NCBI GenBank assembly: GCA_020632535.1
Contig: JACKFJ010000001.1
Span: forward strand, 410,890 to 474,889
Source: Candidatus Omnitrophota bacterium
GTDB taxonomy: Bacteria > Omnitrophota > Gorgyraeia > Zapsychrales > JANLHA01
Direction: 5' to 3'
Length of the DNA stretch: 64,000 nt
The notes beneath the pieces were generated by a model that was not told the DNA's origin, ran no database searches, and was given only the letters and a program-made list of their open reading frames with translations. The translations under genes were made by a program, and so were the position numbers. Positions 37,226 to 47,169 of this stretch are shown one piece after another (the stretch's first letter is position 1; each line of letters begins with the position of its first letter).

Positions 37226-40200
37226 ATGCAGTTTTACCGCAATTATCGTTTTATTTCGTATCTCGTAATTTCTTCCATTTTAACGATTGTCATGTCTACA
37301 AGCGCTTTTGCCCGTCACTCACAGGCAAGTTTTAATGTTTTCACCAAAACATACACTAGAGACAACGGAAAACCAAAAGCGATCATAGATACCTTTACCG
37401 TTCTTAATCCGCAGACCAAGTGGCAAATCAAAGTGTCAGTTGTTGAAAATGCCCACGACAAAAAACATCATAAAAATAAGCATGATAAGGATTGGAAGCA
37501 TGATGATGACAACGATGTCAACTTTGTGATTTACTTGAATGGCCGCAAAATTCTAAAATCAGAGCGTTGTGATCGTCATTCTCGAGCAATTGAAGAAACA
37601 GTCAATCTCAAATCGCACAATACCCTTTCAGTTGAACTTCGTGGTAAGCCCAATAGTAAAATTGTTGTACAAATCAGCGGAGTTGATTCAAACCGTCCGA
37701 TCATCAATTGGGTAAAACCACTTTCAGGACAATCTTTTAACAATGCCAATATCGCGACTCAATTAAAGTTGGAAGAAGATATCTCGGGACTTGATCCTGC
37801 GAGCTTGCAAATTTTGTTGGATAATGTTTCGGTTCGCAATAGTTTTCAGCCTTTAGCGCAAGCGACGCTTTCCGCAAATCTTTCCGCGACTTTGCCGATG
37901 ACAGATGGTCAACATACTCTGACCGCCACGATCAAAAACTTGGCGGGGCTTATTGAAACCAAGTCAGTTTCGTTTACCGTTACGGGGATAGATCCAAATT
38001 TGAAAGATCAAGATAATGATGGTTACACGCCTAACACGGGTGATTGTAATGATCATAATTTTGACATTCATCCCAATTCGGTCGAGATTCCCGGAAACAA
38101 TATTGATGAAGATTGTGATGGCGTTGATTCGGTTGTCGTTGTGAATGTCGTTGGGCTTTTTCAATTAGGCGCAGAGTCGGCGATTAACGCGGCAAATCTG
38201 CAACTTGGGGATGTGACATCGGATCATAGTCAAACAGTTGCAATCGGAAAAGTCATCACCCAGAACCCTGCGGCGGGTGAAATTGTTCCAAAAGGGACAG
38301 CTGTCGGTTTGATGATTTCTTTAGGGCCATTGGTTGATACGAATATTCCACCGGATCCAGCTACTGTTGCGCCAGCGATCAATAAATCAGGGTTAACCAA
38401 TTTTTTTGAAGCTACAAGTTTTCTTTATTCTGGTGAAAAGCCAATTCAAACTGGCGTGCAACCGAATGTTATCAATCCTGTTCGTACGGCAGTTCTTCGT
38501 GGGAAAATTTTAACCAAAGACGGAACTCCATTGTCAGGAGTTAAGGTGAGTATTCTTAAACAACCTGAGCTTGGGGAAACATTGAGTCGCGCGGATGGCA
38601 TGTTTGATCTTGTCGTCAACGGCGGCGGAGACTTGGTCGTCACTTATTCAAAGGAAGGATTGCTTCCCTCTAGCAGACAAATTCAAGTGCCGTGGCAGGA
38701 CTATGTCACTTTGCCTGATATTGTTATGATTCCCTCCGATACGCAGGTGACCTCGGTTGATTTGACATCAAACGCGGACTTTCAAGTAGCGCAAGGTTCA
38801 ACTGTTAGCGATCAGAACGGTCAACGGCAGGGAACATTATTAATTCCACAGGGAACACAAGCTAGTCTGATTATCTCCGGACAAGATAATCAACCAATCG
38901 ACAATTTGCAGATTCGGATCACCGAATATACCGTTGGGCCGCTTGGTCCACTGGCGATGCCCGCGGAATTACCGGCAACGAGCGCGTATACATACGCGTT
39001 TGATGTCAACGCGGATGAAGCGCTAGCCGCAGGTGCCAGCGAAGTCGTATTTAGCCAACCTTTGATTTACTATGTTGATAATTTTTTAAATTTTCCGGCG
39101 GGAATTGGGACGCCATTAGGTTTTTATGACGAAAAAAAAGGACAATGGATTCCGTATGATAATGGCCTCGTCATTAAAATTTTAGGTATTCAAAACAATA
39201 TTGCTCAACTGGATATCGATGGCAGTGGTCAGGCCGCGTCAGAAGAAGATTTGGCAAAGGTTGGGATCACGTTTGCAGAGCGGCAAAAACTCGCTTCTCT
39301 ATATAGTGCAGGTAAATCGGTTTGGCGTGTTTTGATACCGCATTTTTCGTCTTGGGATATCAACATGGGTGTTGGGCCTCCGGAAGACGCGATTGCCGCG
39401 CTCGTTGCGATTATTGCTGCTTATGCTGTGTCGATTGAAGAACCAGATTGTGTTAATGGTTCAATTATCGAATGTCAAACACAAGTTTTGGGAGAAAGTG
39501 TTGATGTCAATAATACTCCCTTTACACTTAATTATCGCAGTGATCGCGCGGCTGGGCATAAGGCATCTTTTTCAACCAAAATTAATGTTTCTCAAGGTCC
39601 ACTACCAGAGAGTCTTAAGCGTATTGTTTTAGAAACTTCGATTGCTGGACAAAAATTTCATCAAGAATTTGCGCCGCAGAGCAATTTGACTGTTCCTTTT
39701 ACGTGGAATGGGAAAGATGTCTATGGCCGCGTGTTACATGAACCGCAGGTTGTCAATTTTCGCGTTGGATATGTTTATGATGGTGTTTATCAAGTTGCTC
39801 CGCGGTTTGGATATAACGGCAACGGGATGATTATTGAGAGCAATTATCCCGGCACTGGTTCGGGGCTCAAGATGCGTCAGGAAATAACCATTTGGCAATC
39901 CACATCGCATGTCCTTGGGGTTTTGGATGCTCGTCAGCAACGATTAGGTGGATGGACTTTAAACGCGCACCATGTTTATGATCCCATATCCCAGACTCTT
40001 TATTATGGGGATGGTTCTAAGAAACAAGGTGTTAAAGGTCAGGTTGGAAAAAATAATATTGTGTCGACGGTGATGCAAGGTGATCTTTACTCTCTCGTTG
40101 ACGTTGGACCTGATGGCAGTATTTATACTGTTGAAGGAAGTGGAATAGAATACGGAGATGTTGTTATTCGTCGGAGTTATCCTAATGGAACTTCAAAAAT

Positions 40201-43200
40201 TGTTGCTGGCGGTGGATCCTCAGCAGTTGGAAATGGTGACGGTGGTCCGGCCACATCCGCCAAAATAAAAATATTGTCCCTCGGTGGTCTTGCTGTTGCT
40301 TCTGATGGGACAATTTATATTGGGGAATTTTTGGATGGTTCAGGTCAGGGACGTGTTCGGCGCATTACGTCTGATGGGATTATTACAACGTATGCTGGGG
40401 GAGGAGATCCCCAAAGCGGAGTCGGTGACGGTGATTTGGCAACACAAGCGTCGCTTAGTAATGTCCGCGGATTGGCAGTTGGGCCGGATGGTTCATTATT
40501 TATTTCCGATTATGGCCATGCTGCCGTTCGCAAAGTTGATACGGATGGTATCATTTCATCAATTGCGGGCGCTGTTGGACCGATCGATATCGATGTGGCA
40601 CAGGATGGGAGTGTGTATTTTTCTGATTTGTTAGCTCCACATAATATTCCACGAATTTGGCGTGTTTTGACGTCGGGAACATTGGAAAAAGTCGCTGCTG
40701 CTGATTGTGAAAGTACTGACGCGAATTGTTATCGTTTTGAGAATAAAGAAGCGGCGCTTGGTTTAACCATAGCTTCGGATCAAGCTATTTATTTTGCTTC
40801 GACGGGAGCTACTGCTTATTCAAATTATATTTATCGCTTAAGTCAAGGGGTGTTAACATCTATCGCGGGATCTGATTTGCGTGATAATACTGTTCGCGAA
40901 GGGATCAGTACGCAGGTTGGAATATTTCCAGTTAATCTGGCTTTTAGTCCGGATGGCAGTTTGTATTTTGCCAATTCTTCGATTTCACTGCAAAGAATCA
41001 CTTCAACTTTACCCGGATTTAAGATCAATAATATTGAAGTCGCGTCTGACGATGGGTCTGAGCTGTATGTTTTTGATAGCGCGGGTCATCATCTTAAAAC
41101 TGTCAGTACTTTAACGGGATTACCGCTTTATCAATTTGGTTATACCGCAAATGGGTTAAGCACAATTACTGATCGCGACGGTAATATCACTCAAATTGAA
41201 AGAACGAGCAATGGTGATGTCAGCGCGATTGTTTCACCATATGGTCAACGCACGACTTTGCATGTCGGCGCCAATGGGTATTTGGATAAAGTTATTGAGC
41301 CTAATGGCGATACGCATCAATTTGTGACATCAAGTGAAGGATTGTTAGCACAATTTATCAATCCCCGTAATAATACATCCAAATTTACATATGACACTTT
41401 GGGTCAATTGACAAGAGATGAAAATCCCGAGGGGGTTTTGTATGATTTAAGCCGTAAGGCGATTGCTGATGGTTACGAGGTGACTCTAAAAGACGCTTTG
41501 AATCGTGCAAGCCTTTATCAGAGTGAATATTTTGAAAATGGTGAGGAGCGTCGCCTGATAACGCTTCCTGACGGGACGCAGAGTTCGATGCTGATTCGTC
41601 CGGATTATAGTGTGTCTTCAACATACGCGGACGGGACAAGTGTTGATCTTGTTCGTGCCGCTGATGCACGGTTTGGTATACAGTCACCGTTGATTTTGAG
41701 TCAAACGGTGCGCACGCCGGGCGGTTTGACTTCGACATTGTCAACGACGCGCGTAACGAATTTAGCGAATCCGATTGATTTATTGTCGGTGATCAATCAA
41801 TCCGAAACTTTGAATATTAACGGCAAAGTTTATAGTGTTTATTATGACATTGCCTCAAAGACAAAATCTGTAATTTCACCGGAAGGTCGATTTAGGGTTG
41901 CGAATTTTGACAATCGTGAACATGTCGTTAAAGAGCAGTCTGGGGTGTTTGAGCCTGTCAATTATACGTATGACGCGCGCGGGCGTTTGATTCAGTCGAC
42001 GCAAGGATCAGGGGCGGAAAAAAGAACGCTCAATTTAACTTATAATGCCGACGGTTTTCTAAGTGATGTTACCAATTCTCTAAACGAAAAGGTAAGCTAT
42101 ACGTACGACATCAAAGGCCGTGTCTTAAAGCAAACATTGCCTGATGGGCGCTTTGTTGAGTATACCTATGATGCCAACGACAACTTGACGTCGATCACGC
42201 CTCCGGGGCAACCTAAGCATAATTTTGTGTATTCCCTCGTTGATTTGGTCGATCAGTATAATCCGCCTGTTATTGTCGGCGGCGGCCAGACAACTTTTCT
42301 TTATAATCGTGCCAAGCAATTGACAACTGTCACGCGTCCGGATGGGCAATTGATCACGTATGACTATAATCCTGCCGGACGATTGTCGGTTATGACAACG
42401 CCGCGAGGGCAGACAACGTACTCATATAACCCGGCAAGCGGATACATTAATACTGTCACGGCTCCTGATGGGGGATCGCTAACTTATACGTACGACGGAT
42501 CATTGCTGTTAAGCAAAACTTGGGGTGGGACAATTCATGGGAGTGTCAGTCAAAGTTATGACAATGATTTTCGAATTGTTTCGCAAAGTGTCAATGGCGG
42601 CTCGACGGTCAATTTCGCTTATGACAATGACGGCCTCTTAACCCAAGCAGGTTTGATGAGTATGAGCCGTAATCCTACGTCGGGATTCTTGGTTGGGACG
42701 ACATTAGGCAATTTTGCGACGACTTTTGGGTATAACAATTTTGGTGAATTGGGTAATGATGCCGCTAAGTACAACGGAACAAATTATCTAGAACATCAAT
42801 ACACGTATGACACGGTCGGGCGAATCGTGACCCGAAGTGAAACCGACCAAAACAAAACGGATCAATACCGTTATACGTATAACAGTGCGGGACGTTTAAC
42901 GGATGTTACTAAGAATAATGTTGTGGTGTCGCATTATGAGTATGATGCCAACGGCAATCGTTTAAGTCGTTCGTCGTCTGGGACAACGGAAAGCGCCACG
43001 TATGATGCTCAAGATCGATTGCTTACGTATGGAAGTTTAAGTTATACATACACGGCCAATGGGGAGTTAAAAAGTAAAACCGACTCATCAACGAACCAAA
43101 CGACGCAATACAAGTATGACGTCCTTGGGAATTTGATGCAGGTGACTCTTCCTGATGGGAAAGTCATTGATTATGTGATTGATGCCAACAATCGGCGCAT

Positions 43201-44095
43201 TGGTAAAAAGGTCAATGGCACGTTGGTGCAGGGCTTTTTGTATGAGGATGATTTAAGCCCAGCTGTTGAGCTTGATGGTAATAATAATATTGTTAGTAGA
43301 TTTGTATACGGGACGAGGGGGAATGTTCCTGATTATATGCAGAAGGCTGGCAAGACGTACAAAATCGTGACGGATCATCTAGGAAGTATGCGGATGGTCG
43401 TAGATACGTCCAATGGAAGCATTGCGCAAAGAATCGATTATGATGAATTTGGGCGGGTGCTTACAGACACGAATGTGGGTTTTCAGCCGTTTGGTTTTGC
43501 GGGGGGATTGTATGAAAGTGCGACGGGATTAACTCGATTTGGCGCCCGCGACTACGATGCATTTACCGGCCGCTGGACCGCCAAAGATCCGATTGGGTTT
43601 GGTGGGGGAGATACGAATCTATACGGGTATGTTCACGCAGATCCTGTTAATTGGGTGGATCAGGATGGGTTAGCAATAGTTTCAATCGGTAAATTAAAAA
43701 AGGCTTTGAAAAAAGTTCATGATATAGTTGGCAAATTGCCTAAAGGAAAACCTGGGAAAAAGGGGAGTCCACAAAGAGGAGATTCTAAAAAAGGATATCG
43801 ATTAGATAAAGAATCTCATCCGAATGCAAAGGCTGGAAGTCCCGAGTCAAAAGGCGCACATTTAAATTATTGGGATTATACGGAAGGCAAAAGAAAATCA
43901 GGGCAAGGGTTAAGCGGAGCTATAACTTTAAGTACGTTGGGTCCGATACTTTTGGATCTTTTAGATCCATTTGATGCAGAGGCACTTGATGATGAAGATG
44001 CGGATTTAGATGGTAACGGAATTCCTGACTGGCAGGATATGTATGAATCATGTGAAAATGGGACAAAACAGTCTATTTCATGGGAGGAGTTTTAA
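37226..44095 (+). CDS. giant teneurin-like YD/Rhs polymorphic toxin
   Basis: Start at the ATG at 37226 (GAGGGG RBS). In order: signal anchor; His/Lys/Asp-rich stretch; Cys metal-binding motif (DNDGY..DCND...DEDCDG); PASTA-like domain; CarboxypepD_reg-like domain (VLRGKILTKDGTPLSGVKVSI); NHL repeats; YD repeats; Rhs end [21 protein letters not shown]; then a 140-aa basic C-terminal domain. Confidence 0.9.
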   Translation: MQFYRNYRFISYLVISSILTIVMSTSAFARHSQASFNVFTKTYTRDNGKPKAIIDTFTVLNPQTKWQIKVSVVENAHDKKHHKNKHDKDWKHDDDNDVNFVIYLNGRKILKSERCDRHSRAIEETVNLKSHNTLSVELRGKPNSKIVVQISGVDSNRPIINWVKPLSGQSFNNANIATQLKLEEDISGLDPASLQILLDNVSVRNSFQPLAQATLSANLSATLPMTDGQHTLTATIKNLAGLIETKSVSFTVTGIDPNLKDQDNDGYTPNTGDCNDHNFDIHPNSVEIPGNNIDEDCDGVDSVVVVNVVGLFQLGAESAINAANLQLGDVTSDHSQTVAIGKVITQNPAAGEIVPKGTAVGLMISLGPLVDTNIPPDPATVAPAINKSGLTNFFEATSFLYSGEKPIQTGVQPNVINPVRTAVLRGKILTKDGTPLSGVKVSILKQPELGETLSRADGMFDLVVNGGGDLVVTYSKEGLLPSSRQIQVPWQDYVTLPDIVMIPSDTQVTSVDLTSNADFQVAQGSTVSDQNGQRQGTLLIPQGTQASLIISGQDNQPIDNLQIRITEYTVGPLGPLAMPAELPATSAYTYAFDVNADEALAAGASEVVFSQPLIYYVDNFLNFPAGIGTPLGFYDEKKGQWIPYDNGLVIKILGIQNNIAQLDIDGSGQAASEEDLAKVGITFAERQKLASLYSAGKSVWRVLIPHFSSWDINMGVGPPEDAIAALVAIIAAYAVSIEEPDCVNGSIIECQTQVLGESVDVNNTPFTLNYRSDRAAGHKASFSTKINVSQGPLPESLKRIVLETSIAGQKFHQEFAPQSNLTVPFTWNGKDVYGRVLHEPQVVNFRVGYVYDGVYQVAPRFGYNGNGMIIESNYPGTGSGLKMRQEITIWQSTSHVLGVLDARQQRLGGWTLNAHHVYDPISQTLYYGDGSKKQGVKGQVGKNNIVSTVMQGDLYSLVDVGPDGSIYTVEGSGIEYGDVVIRRSYPNGTSKIVAGGGSSAVGNGDGGPATSAKIKILSLGGLAVASDGTIYIGEFLDGSGQGRVRRITSDGIITTYAGGGDPQSGVGDGDLATQASLSNVRGLAVGPDGSLFISDYGHAAVRKVDTDGIISSIAGAVGPIDIDVAQDGSVYFSDLLAPHNIPRIWRVLTSGTLEKVAAADCESTDANCYRFENKEAALGLTIASDQAIYFASTGATAYSNYIYRLSQGVLTSIAGSDLRDNTVREGISTQVGIFPVNLAFSPDGSLYFANSSISLQRITSTLPGFKINNIEVASDDGSELYVFDSAGHHLKTVSTLTGLPLYQFGYTANGLSTITDRDGNITQIERTSNGDVSAIVSPYGQRTTLHVGANGYLDKVIEPNGDTHQFVTSSEGLLAQFINPRNNTSKFTYDTLGQLTRDENPEGVLYDLSRKAIADGYEVTLKDALNRASLYQSEYFENGEERRLITLPDGTQSSMLIRPDYSVSSTYADGTSVDLVRAADARFGIQSPLILSQTVRTPGGLTSTLSTTRVTNLANPIDLLSVINQSETLNINGKVYSVYYDIASKTKSVISPEGRFRVANFDNREHVVKEQSGVFEPVNYTYDARGRLIQSTQGSGAEKRTLNLTYNADGFLSDVTNSLNEKVSYTYDIKGRVLKQTLPDGRFVEYTYDANDNLTSITPPGQPKHNFVYSLVDLVDQYNPPVIVGGGQTTFLYNRAKQLTTVTRPDGQLITYDYNPAGRLSVMTTPRGQTTYSYNPASGYINTVTAPDGGSLTYTYDGSLLLSKTWGGTIHGSVSQSYDNDFRIVSQSVNGGSTVNFAYDNDGLLTQAGLMSMSRNPTSGFLVGTTLGNFATTFGYNNFGELGNDAAKYNGTNYLEHQYTYDTVGRIVTRSETDQNKTDQYRYTYNSAGRLTDVTKNNVVVSHYEYDANGNRLSRSSSGTTESATYDAQDRLLTYGSLSYTYTANGELKSKTDSSTNQTTQYKYDVLGNLMQVTLPDGKVIDYVIDANNRRIGKKVNGTLVQGFLYEDDLSPAVELDGNNNIVSRFVYGTRGNVPDYMQKAGKTYKIVTDHLGSMRMVVDTSNGSIAQRIDYDEFGRVLTDTNVGFQPFGFAGGLYESATGLTRFGARDYDAFTGRWTAKDPIGFGGGDTNLYGYVHADPVNWVDQDGLAIVSIGKLKKALKKVHDIVGKLPKGKPGKKGSPQRGDSKKGYRLDKESHPNAKAGSPESKGAHLNYWDYTEGKRKSGQGLSGAITLSTLGPILLDLLDPFDAEALDDEDADLDGNGIPDWQDMYESCENGTKQSISWEEF

Positions 44096-44096
44096 G

Positions 44097-44561
44097 ATGA
44101 GTTTAATAATTGAGAGCACTGATTACATTCCGATGGATTCATTTCCCCGAAAGTTCCGCTTTGTCGACGAAAAATATCATAAATTATCAGTTGCCGATTT
44201 GGCAAGAGTAAAGCCCCTCAAAAAAGAAAAATCTAAAGAAATTAATGAAAAACTTAGTAAATTTATTCTTGATTACCAATTGTCTACGGAAAGGTTCAGT
44301 GAAATTATCTCGATTGGTGAAGTTCATGAAAACTCAGATACAGTCAATTGGTTGAAACAAAAGGAAACGAGTTTTGAAAATGAGATTATTGTATCTTGGG
44401 ATGACGATAATTGTGTGCTAACTGATTTTAAGTTTTTTTGCTCTAATTGGGATGATTTTTGCTATCCGGGATCAGATGATGTAATCATTATTTCAAGAAA
44501 TGAAAAGGCGTGCTTGTTTTATTGTCATGAGGATATTTTTGAGTTTGGAGTTTTTAAATAA
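44097..44561 (+). CDS. cytosolic protein, candidate immunity protein for the locus B primary toxin
   Basis: ATG 1 nt after the Rhs stop, with a GGGAGGAG RBS inside the Rhs 3' end. No signal peptide. Confidence 0.6.
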   Translation: MSLIIESTDYIPMDSFPRKFRFVDEKYHKLSVADLARVKPLKKEKSKEINEKLSKFILDYQLSTERFSEIISIGEVHENSDTVNWLKQKETSFENEIIVSWDDDNCVLTDFKFFCSNWDDFCYPGSDDVIIISRNEKACLFYCHEDIFEFGVFK

Positions 44562-44636
44562 TTTGAAAAAGCAAGGATGTCATCTGCTACCTTCTGGTTT
44601 TTTTGTCTTGTAGTTTTTTGACATTTTATTTTCTTT

Positions 44637-44687
44637 GAGATTGCCGCGTTCGCGCTCGGCTCAAAGCCTCGCGCTCACTCGCAATGG
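44637..44687. repeat. family-1 right-half variant at the orphan cassette junction
   Basis: gagattgccgcgttcgcgctcggctcaaagcctcgcgctcactcgcaatgg. Rhs homology starts 7 nt later. Confidence 0.8.
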
Positions 44688-44693
44688 GCATTT

Positions 44694-45683
44694 AAGTATG
44701 ACGTCCTTGGGAATTTGCTTCAAGTCACACTTTTCGACGGGAAAGTCATTGACTATGTGATTGATGCTAACAATCGGCGCATTGGTAAAAAGGTCAATGG
44801 CACGTTGGTGCAGGGCTTTTTGTATGAGGATGATTTAAGCCCAGCGGTTGAGCTTGATGGCAATAATAATATTGTTAGTAGGTTTGTGTACGGGACGAGG
44901 GGCAATGTTCCTGATTATATGGTGAAGGCTGGCAAGACGTACCGGATTGTGACGGATCATCTAGGAAGTGTGCGGATGGTCGTGGATACGTCTAACGGAA
45001 GGATCGTACAAAGAATTGATTATGATGAATTTGGGCGGGTGCTTCTGGACACGAATGCTGGATTTCAGCCATTTGGTTTTGCGGGAGGATTGTATGAAAG
45101 TGCGACGGGCTTAACTCGATTTGGCGCCCGTGACTATGATGCTTTCACCGGCCGCTGGACCGCCAAAGATCCGATTGGGTTTGGTGGGGGAGATACGAAT
45201 CTATACGGGTATGTCGATAGTGTCGGAAAACTTATCTCCGAAACCAACCTTTACGCTTACACCGATAGTGTCGGAAAAGGTCCAGAGACCAATCTCTACG
45301 GTTATACGCAAAATGATCCTGTGAATTTCATTGACCCAGATGGAAATATTAGAGTGCCATTTACGAATTGGGGGTTCAACGCGGGAGAAGGTTATGGTCA
45401 GGATGCTTTAAACTATTGGGCGGATAGATATTCTAACGCGGATAGCTGGTATGAAAAAGCGGGGTATGGATTAGCTGGGTCACTTTCCGCATTATGGACA
45501 CCTTGCACAAGTGGTTGGACAACTGCGGTTTTAGGAGGTGGATATGTTTGGCGGATTGTAGGTCCATATTCTACTAGAGGAGTGCCGAAAATATTCCAGT
45601 GGATACGGAAGTATATTCGTTATGATCGCCCTCATCACGGAAAACCAGGGGGATGGGATGGGAAATGGTTTCCATATAATTAG
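44694..45683 (+). CDS. orphan Rhs C-terminal cassette B1 (Rhs tail plus alternative toxin)
   Basis: 44694-45214 is about 95% identical to 43112-43632 of the main gene. A triplicated TNLY.Y motif follows, then [11 protein letters not shown] and a 111-aa Trp/Gly-rich C-terminal domain. Confidence 0.7.
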   Translation, partial: KYDVLGNLLQVTLFDGKVIDYVIDANNRRIGKKVNGTLVQGFLYEDDLSPAVELDGNNNIVSRFVYGTRGNVPDYMVKAGKTYRIVTDHLGSVRMVVDTSNGRIVQRIDYDEFGRVLLDTNAGFQPFGFAGGLYESATGLTRFGARDYDAFTGRWTAKDPIGFGGGDTNLYGYVDSVGKLISETNLYAYTDSVGKGPETNLYGYTQNDPVNFIDPDGNIRVPFTNWGFNAGEGYGQDALNYWADRYSNADSWYEKAGYGLAGSLSALWTPCTSGWTTAVLGGGYVWRIVGPYSTRGVPKIFQWIRKYIRYDRPHHGKPGGWDGKWFPYN

Positions 45684-45693
45684 AAGGAATAAT

Positions 45694-46275
45694 ATGAAAA
45701 ACAATAATTTTAATTATCGAATTGATTTACCAATGTCATCGAAAGAAAGAAATTCTAGACGGATCAAAGCTGAAATTAGTCGAATTCTTGTTGAGTCTAA
45801 GTTTGTGTCACAAAATGTGGGTTATTTAGAAATCCCCGAGGAGATAATTACAAAAGCTTTTGATATTCTTTCTAATGGACATGGTGTAGTTGCCCAGCCC
45901 CTAGGGCTGCATATGTCTTATAAGGAATTTGTGATAGATGCTAAAGAAATAAGTTTTATGGAGATTATTCCTTTAACAAAATCTAATGGATTCTTTGTTA
46001 AATGTGCCACGAGTGGATCATTCTTAGATTTTTTTAGATTAATTAAGTGTGAGACTGTTGCAATTTTTTCTTCGAACGAAAAATTCACGTGTGGAACACT
46101 TTTCGCAGAACTTTATTCCGCGGTCGAAACCAATCAGTATGATTTAATTATATTAAAGCATTTAAAAAATGATGAAGCATATGGATTCATATCTTTAAAT
46201 CATCCAAATTTAGAAATTATTGGATATATCGATAGGATTAAAGAAATCTATGAGAAGTTATTAGGAATTCGGTAG
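45694..46275 (+). CDS. cytosolic protein, candidate immunity protein for cassette B1
   Basis: ATG at 45694, 11 nt after the toxin stop. No signal peptide. 193 aa. Confidence 0.5.
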   Translation: MKNNNFNYRIDLPMSSKERNSRRIKAEISRILVESKFVSQNVGYLEIPEEIITKAFDILSNGHGVVAQPLGLHMSYKEFVIDAKEISFMEIIPLTKSNGFFVKCATSGSFLDFFRLIKCETVAIFSSNEKFTCGTLFAELYSAVETNQYDLIILKHLKNDEAYGFISLNHPNLEIIGYIDRIKEIYEKLLGIR

Positions 46276-46448
46276 GTTCTAGTAGATGTCTCTATGTGTA
46301 AAACCATAAAAACCTCTATTTGTCGATGGAGAATAAGTTGTGATGGTCAAAAAAGCGGAGCATTTTCAAAAGCGCAAGGTTCAGAGTATTGATGTAACGA
46401 TGCTCTGAGTTTTTTATTTCTTGGTCTTTGACAAATTTTTTACCCTCT

Positions 46449-46499
46449 GAGATTGCCACGTTTGCGCTCGGCTCAAAGCCTCGCGCTCACTCGCAATGG
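46449..46499. repeat. family-1 right-half variant at the Rhs fragment junction
   Basis: gagattgccacgtttgcgctcggctcaaagcctcgcgctcactcgcaatgg differs from 44637-44687 at 2 positions. Confidence 0.8.
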
Positions 46500-46504
46500 T
46501 AGCG

Positions 46505-46708
46505 TTTGTGTATTCACTCGTTGATTTGGTCGATCAGTACAATCCGCCTGTTTTTGTCGGCGGTGGCCAGACAACTTTTCTTTATAATCGTGCCAAGCAA
46601 TTGACAACTGTCAAGCGTCCGGATGGGCAATTGATCACGTATGACTATAATCCTGCTGGCCGCTTGTCTGTGATGAAAACGCCGCGAGGGCAGATGGAAG
46701 GAAGTTAA
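46505..46708 (+). pseudogene. 190-bp internal Rhs fragment (remnant)
   Basis: 46505-46694 matches 42224-42413 of the locus B main gene (FVYSLVDLVDQYNPPV..TPRGQ), then the frame ends. There is no toxin tip. Confidence 0.8.
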
Positions 46709-46753
46709 TGAAAAACATTTGTGATAGTGTTTTGGGTCACAATTTAGTTACAC

Positions 46754-46782
46754 TTGACAAAACTTTTTTCAACAGACATAAT
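46754..46782 (+). promoter_or_regulatory. candidate sigma70-type promoter for the tRNA-Ser(UGA) unit
   Basis: TTGACA, 17 nt, CATAAT. It would place hairpin A inside the pre-tRNA leader. Confidence 0.4.
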
Positions 46783-46826
46783 GCAACTTCATTTTAATAA
46801 CTTATATTAAAGTGGTTAGGGTTTTC

Positions 46827-46870
46827 GGAGAGGTGGGCCGTGTAAAAAATACACGGCACAACACCTATCC
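46827..46870 (+). other. tRNA-Ser acceptor-mimic hairpin A
   Basis: GGAGAGGTGGGCCGTGT-aaaaaat-ACACGGCACAACACCTATCC. The first 10 nt match the 5' end of the tRNA 34 nt downstream (11 nt match the tRNA-Ser(GGA) 5' end at 56972). Confidence 0.6.
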
Positions 46871-46903
46871 TTTTCTAAAGGATTATTTGGTAGAATTAAG
46901 GTA

Positions 46904-46991
46904 GGAGAGGTGGCAGAGCGGTCGAATGCGGCGGTCTTGAAAACCGTTATCTCGCAAGGGATCTAGGGTTCGAATCCCTACCTCTCCGCCA
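46904..46991 (+). tRNA. tRNA-Ser (anticodon UGA)
   Basis: Cloverleaf readable by eye: acceptor GGAGAGG/CCTCTCC, anticodon loop CTTGAAA, long variable arm, T-loop GGTTCGAATCC, encoded CCA. Confidence 0.9.
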
Positions 46992-47169
46992 ATTTTTTGG
47001 TGAACCCTTCGTCGAGGATTCAAGGCGTTTTAGGCTTGAGTAGACGGGGATTCGAACTCAAGTTCGACCGGAGGGTTTTATCCGGTGGATGGCGGCTATA
47101 CGGCACGATAATGTGGCTTGTAAAGGGATGGTTGGCCTCAGGAGAATAAAAGAACGAGGGAATTAATTC

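Noticed and set aside
47040-47075. A T-arm-like sequence (cttgagtagacggggattcgaactcaag), considered as a tRNA or tmRNA fragment.
   Set aside because: No complementary T-stem or acceptor stem can be drawn on either strand. It is kept only as weak support in the decayed-island finding.
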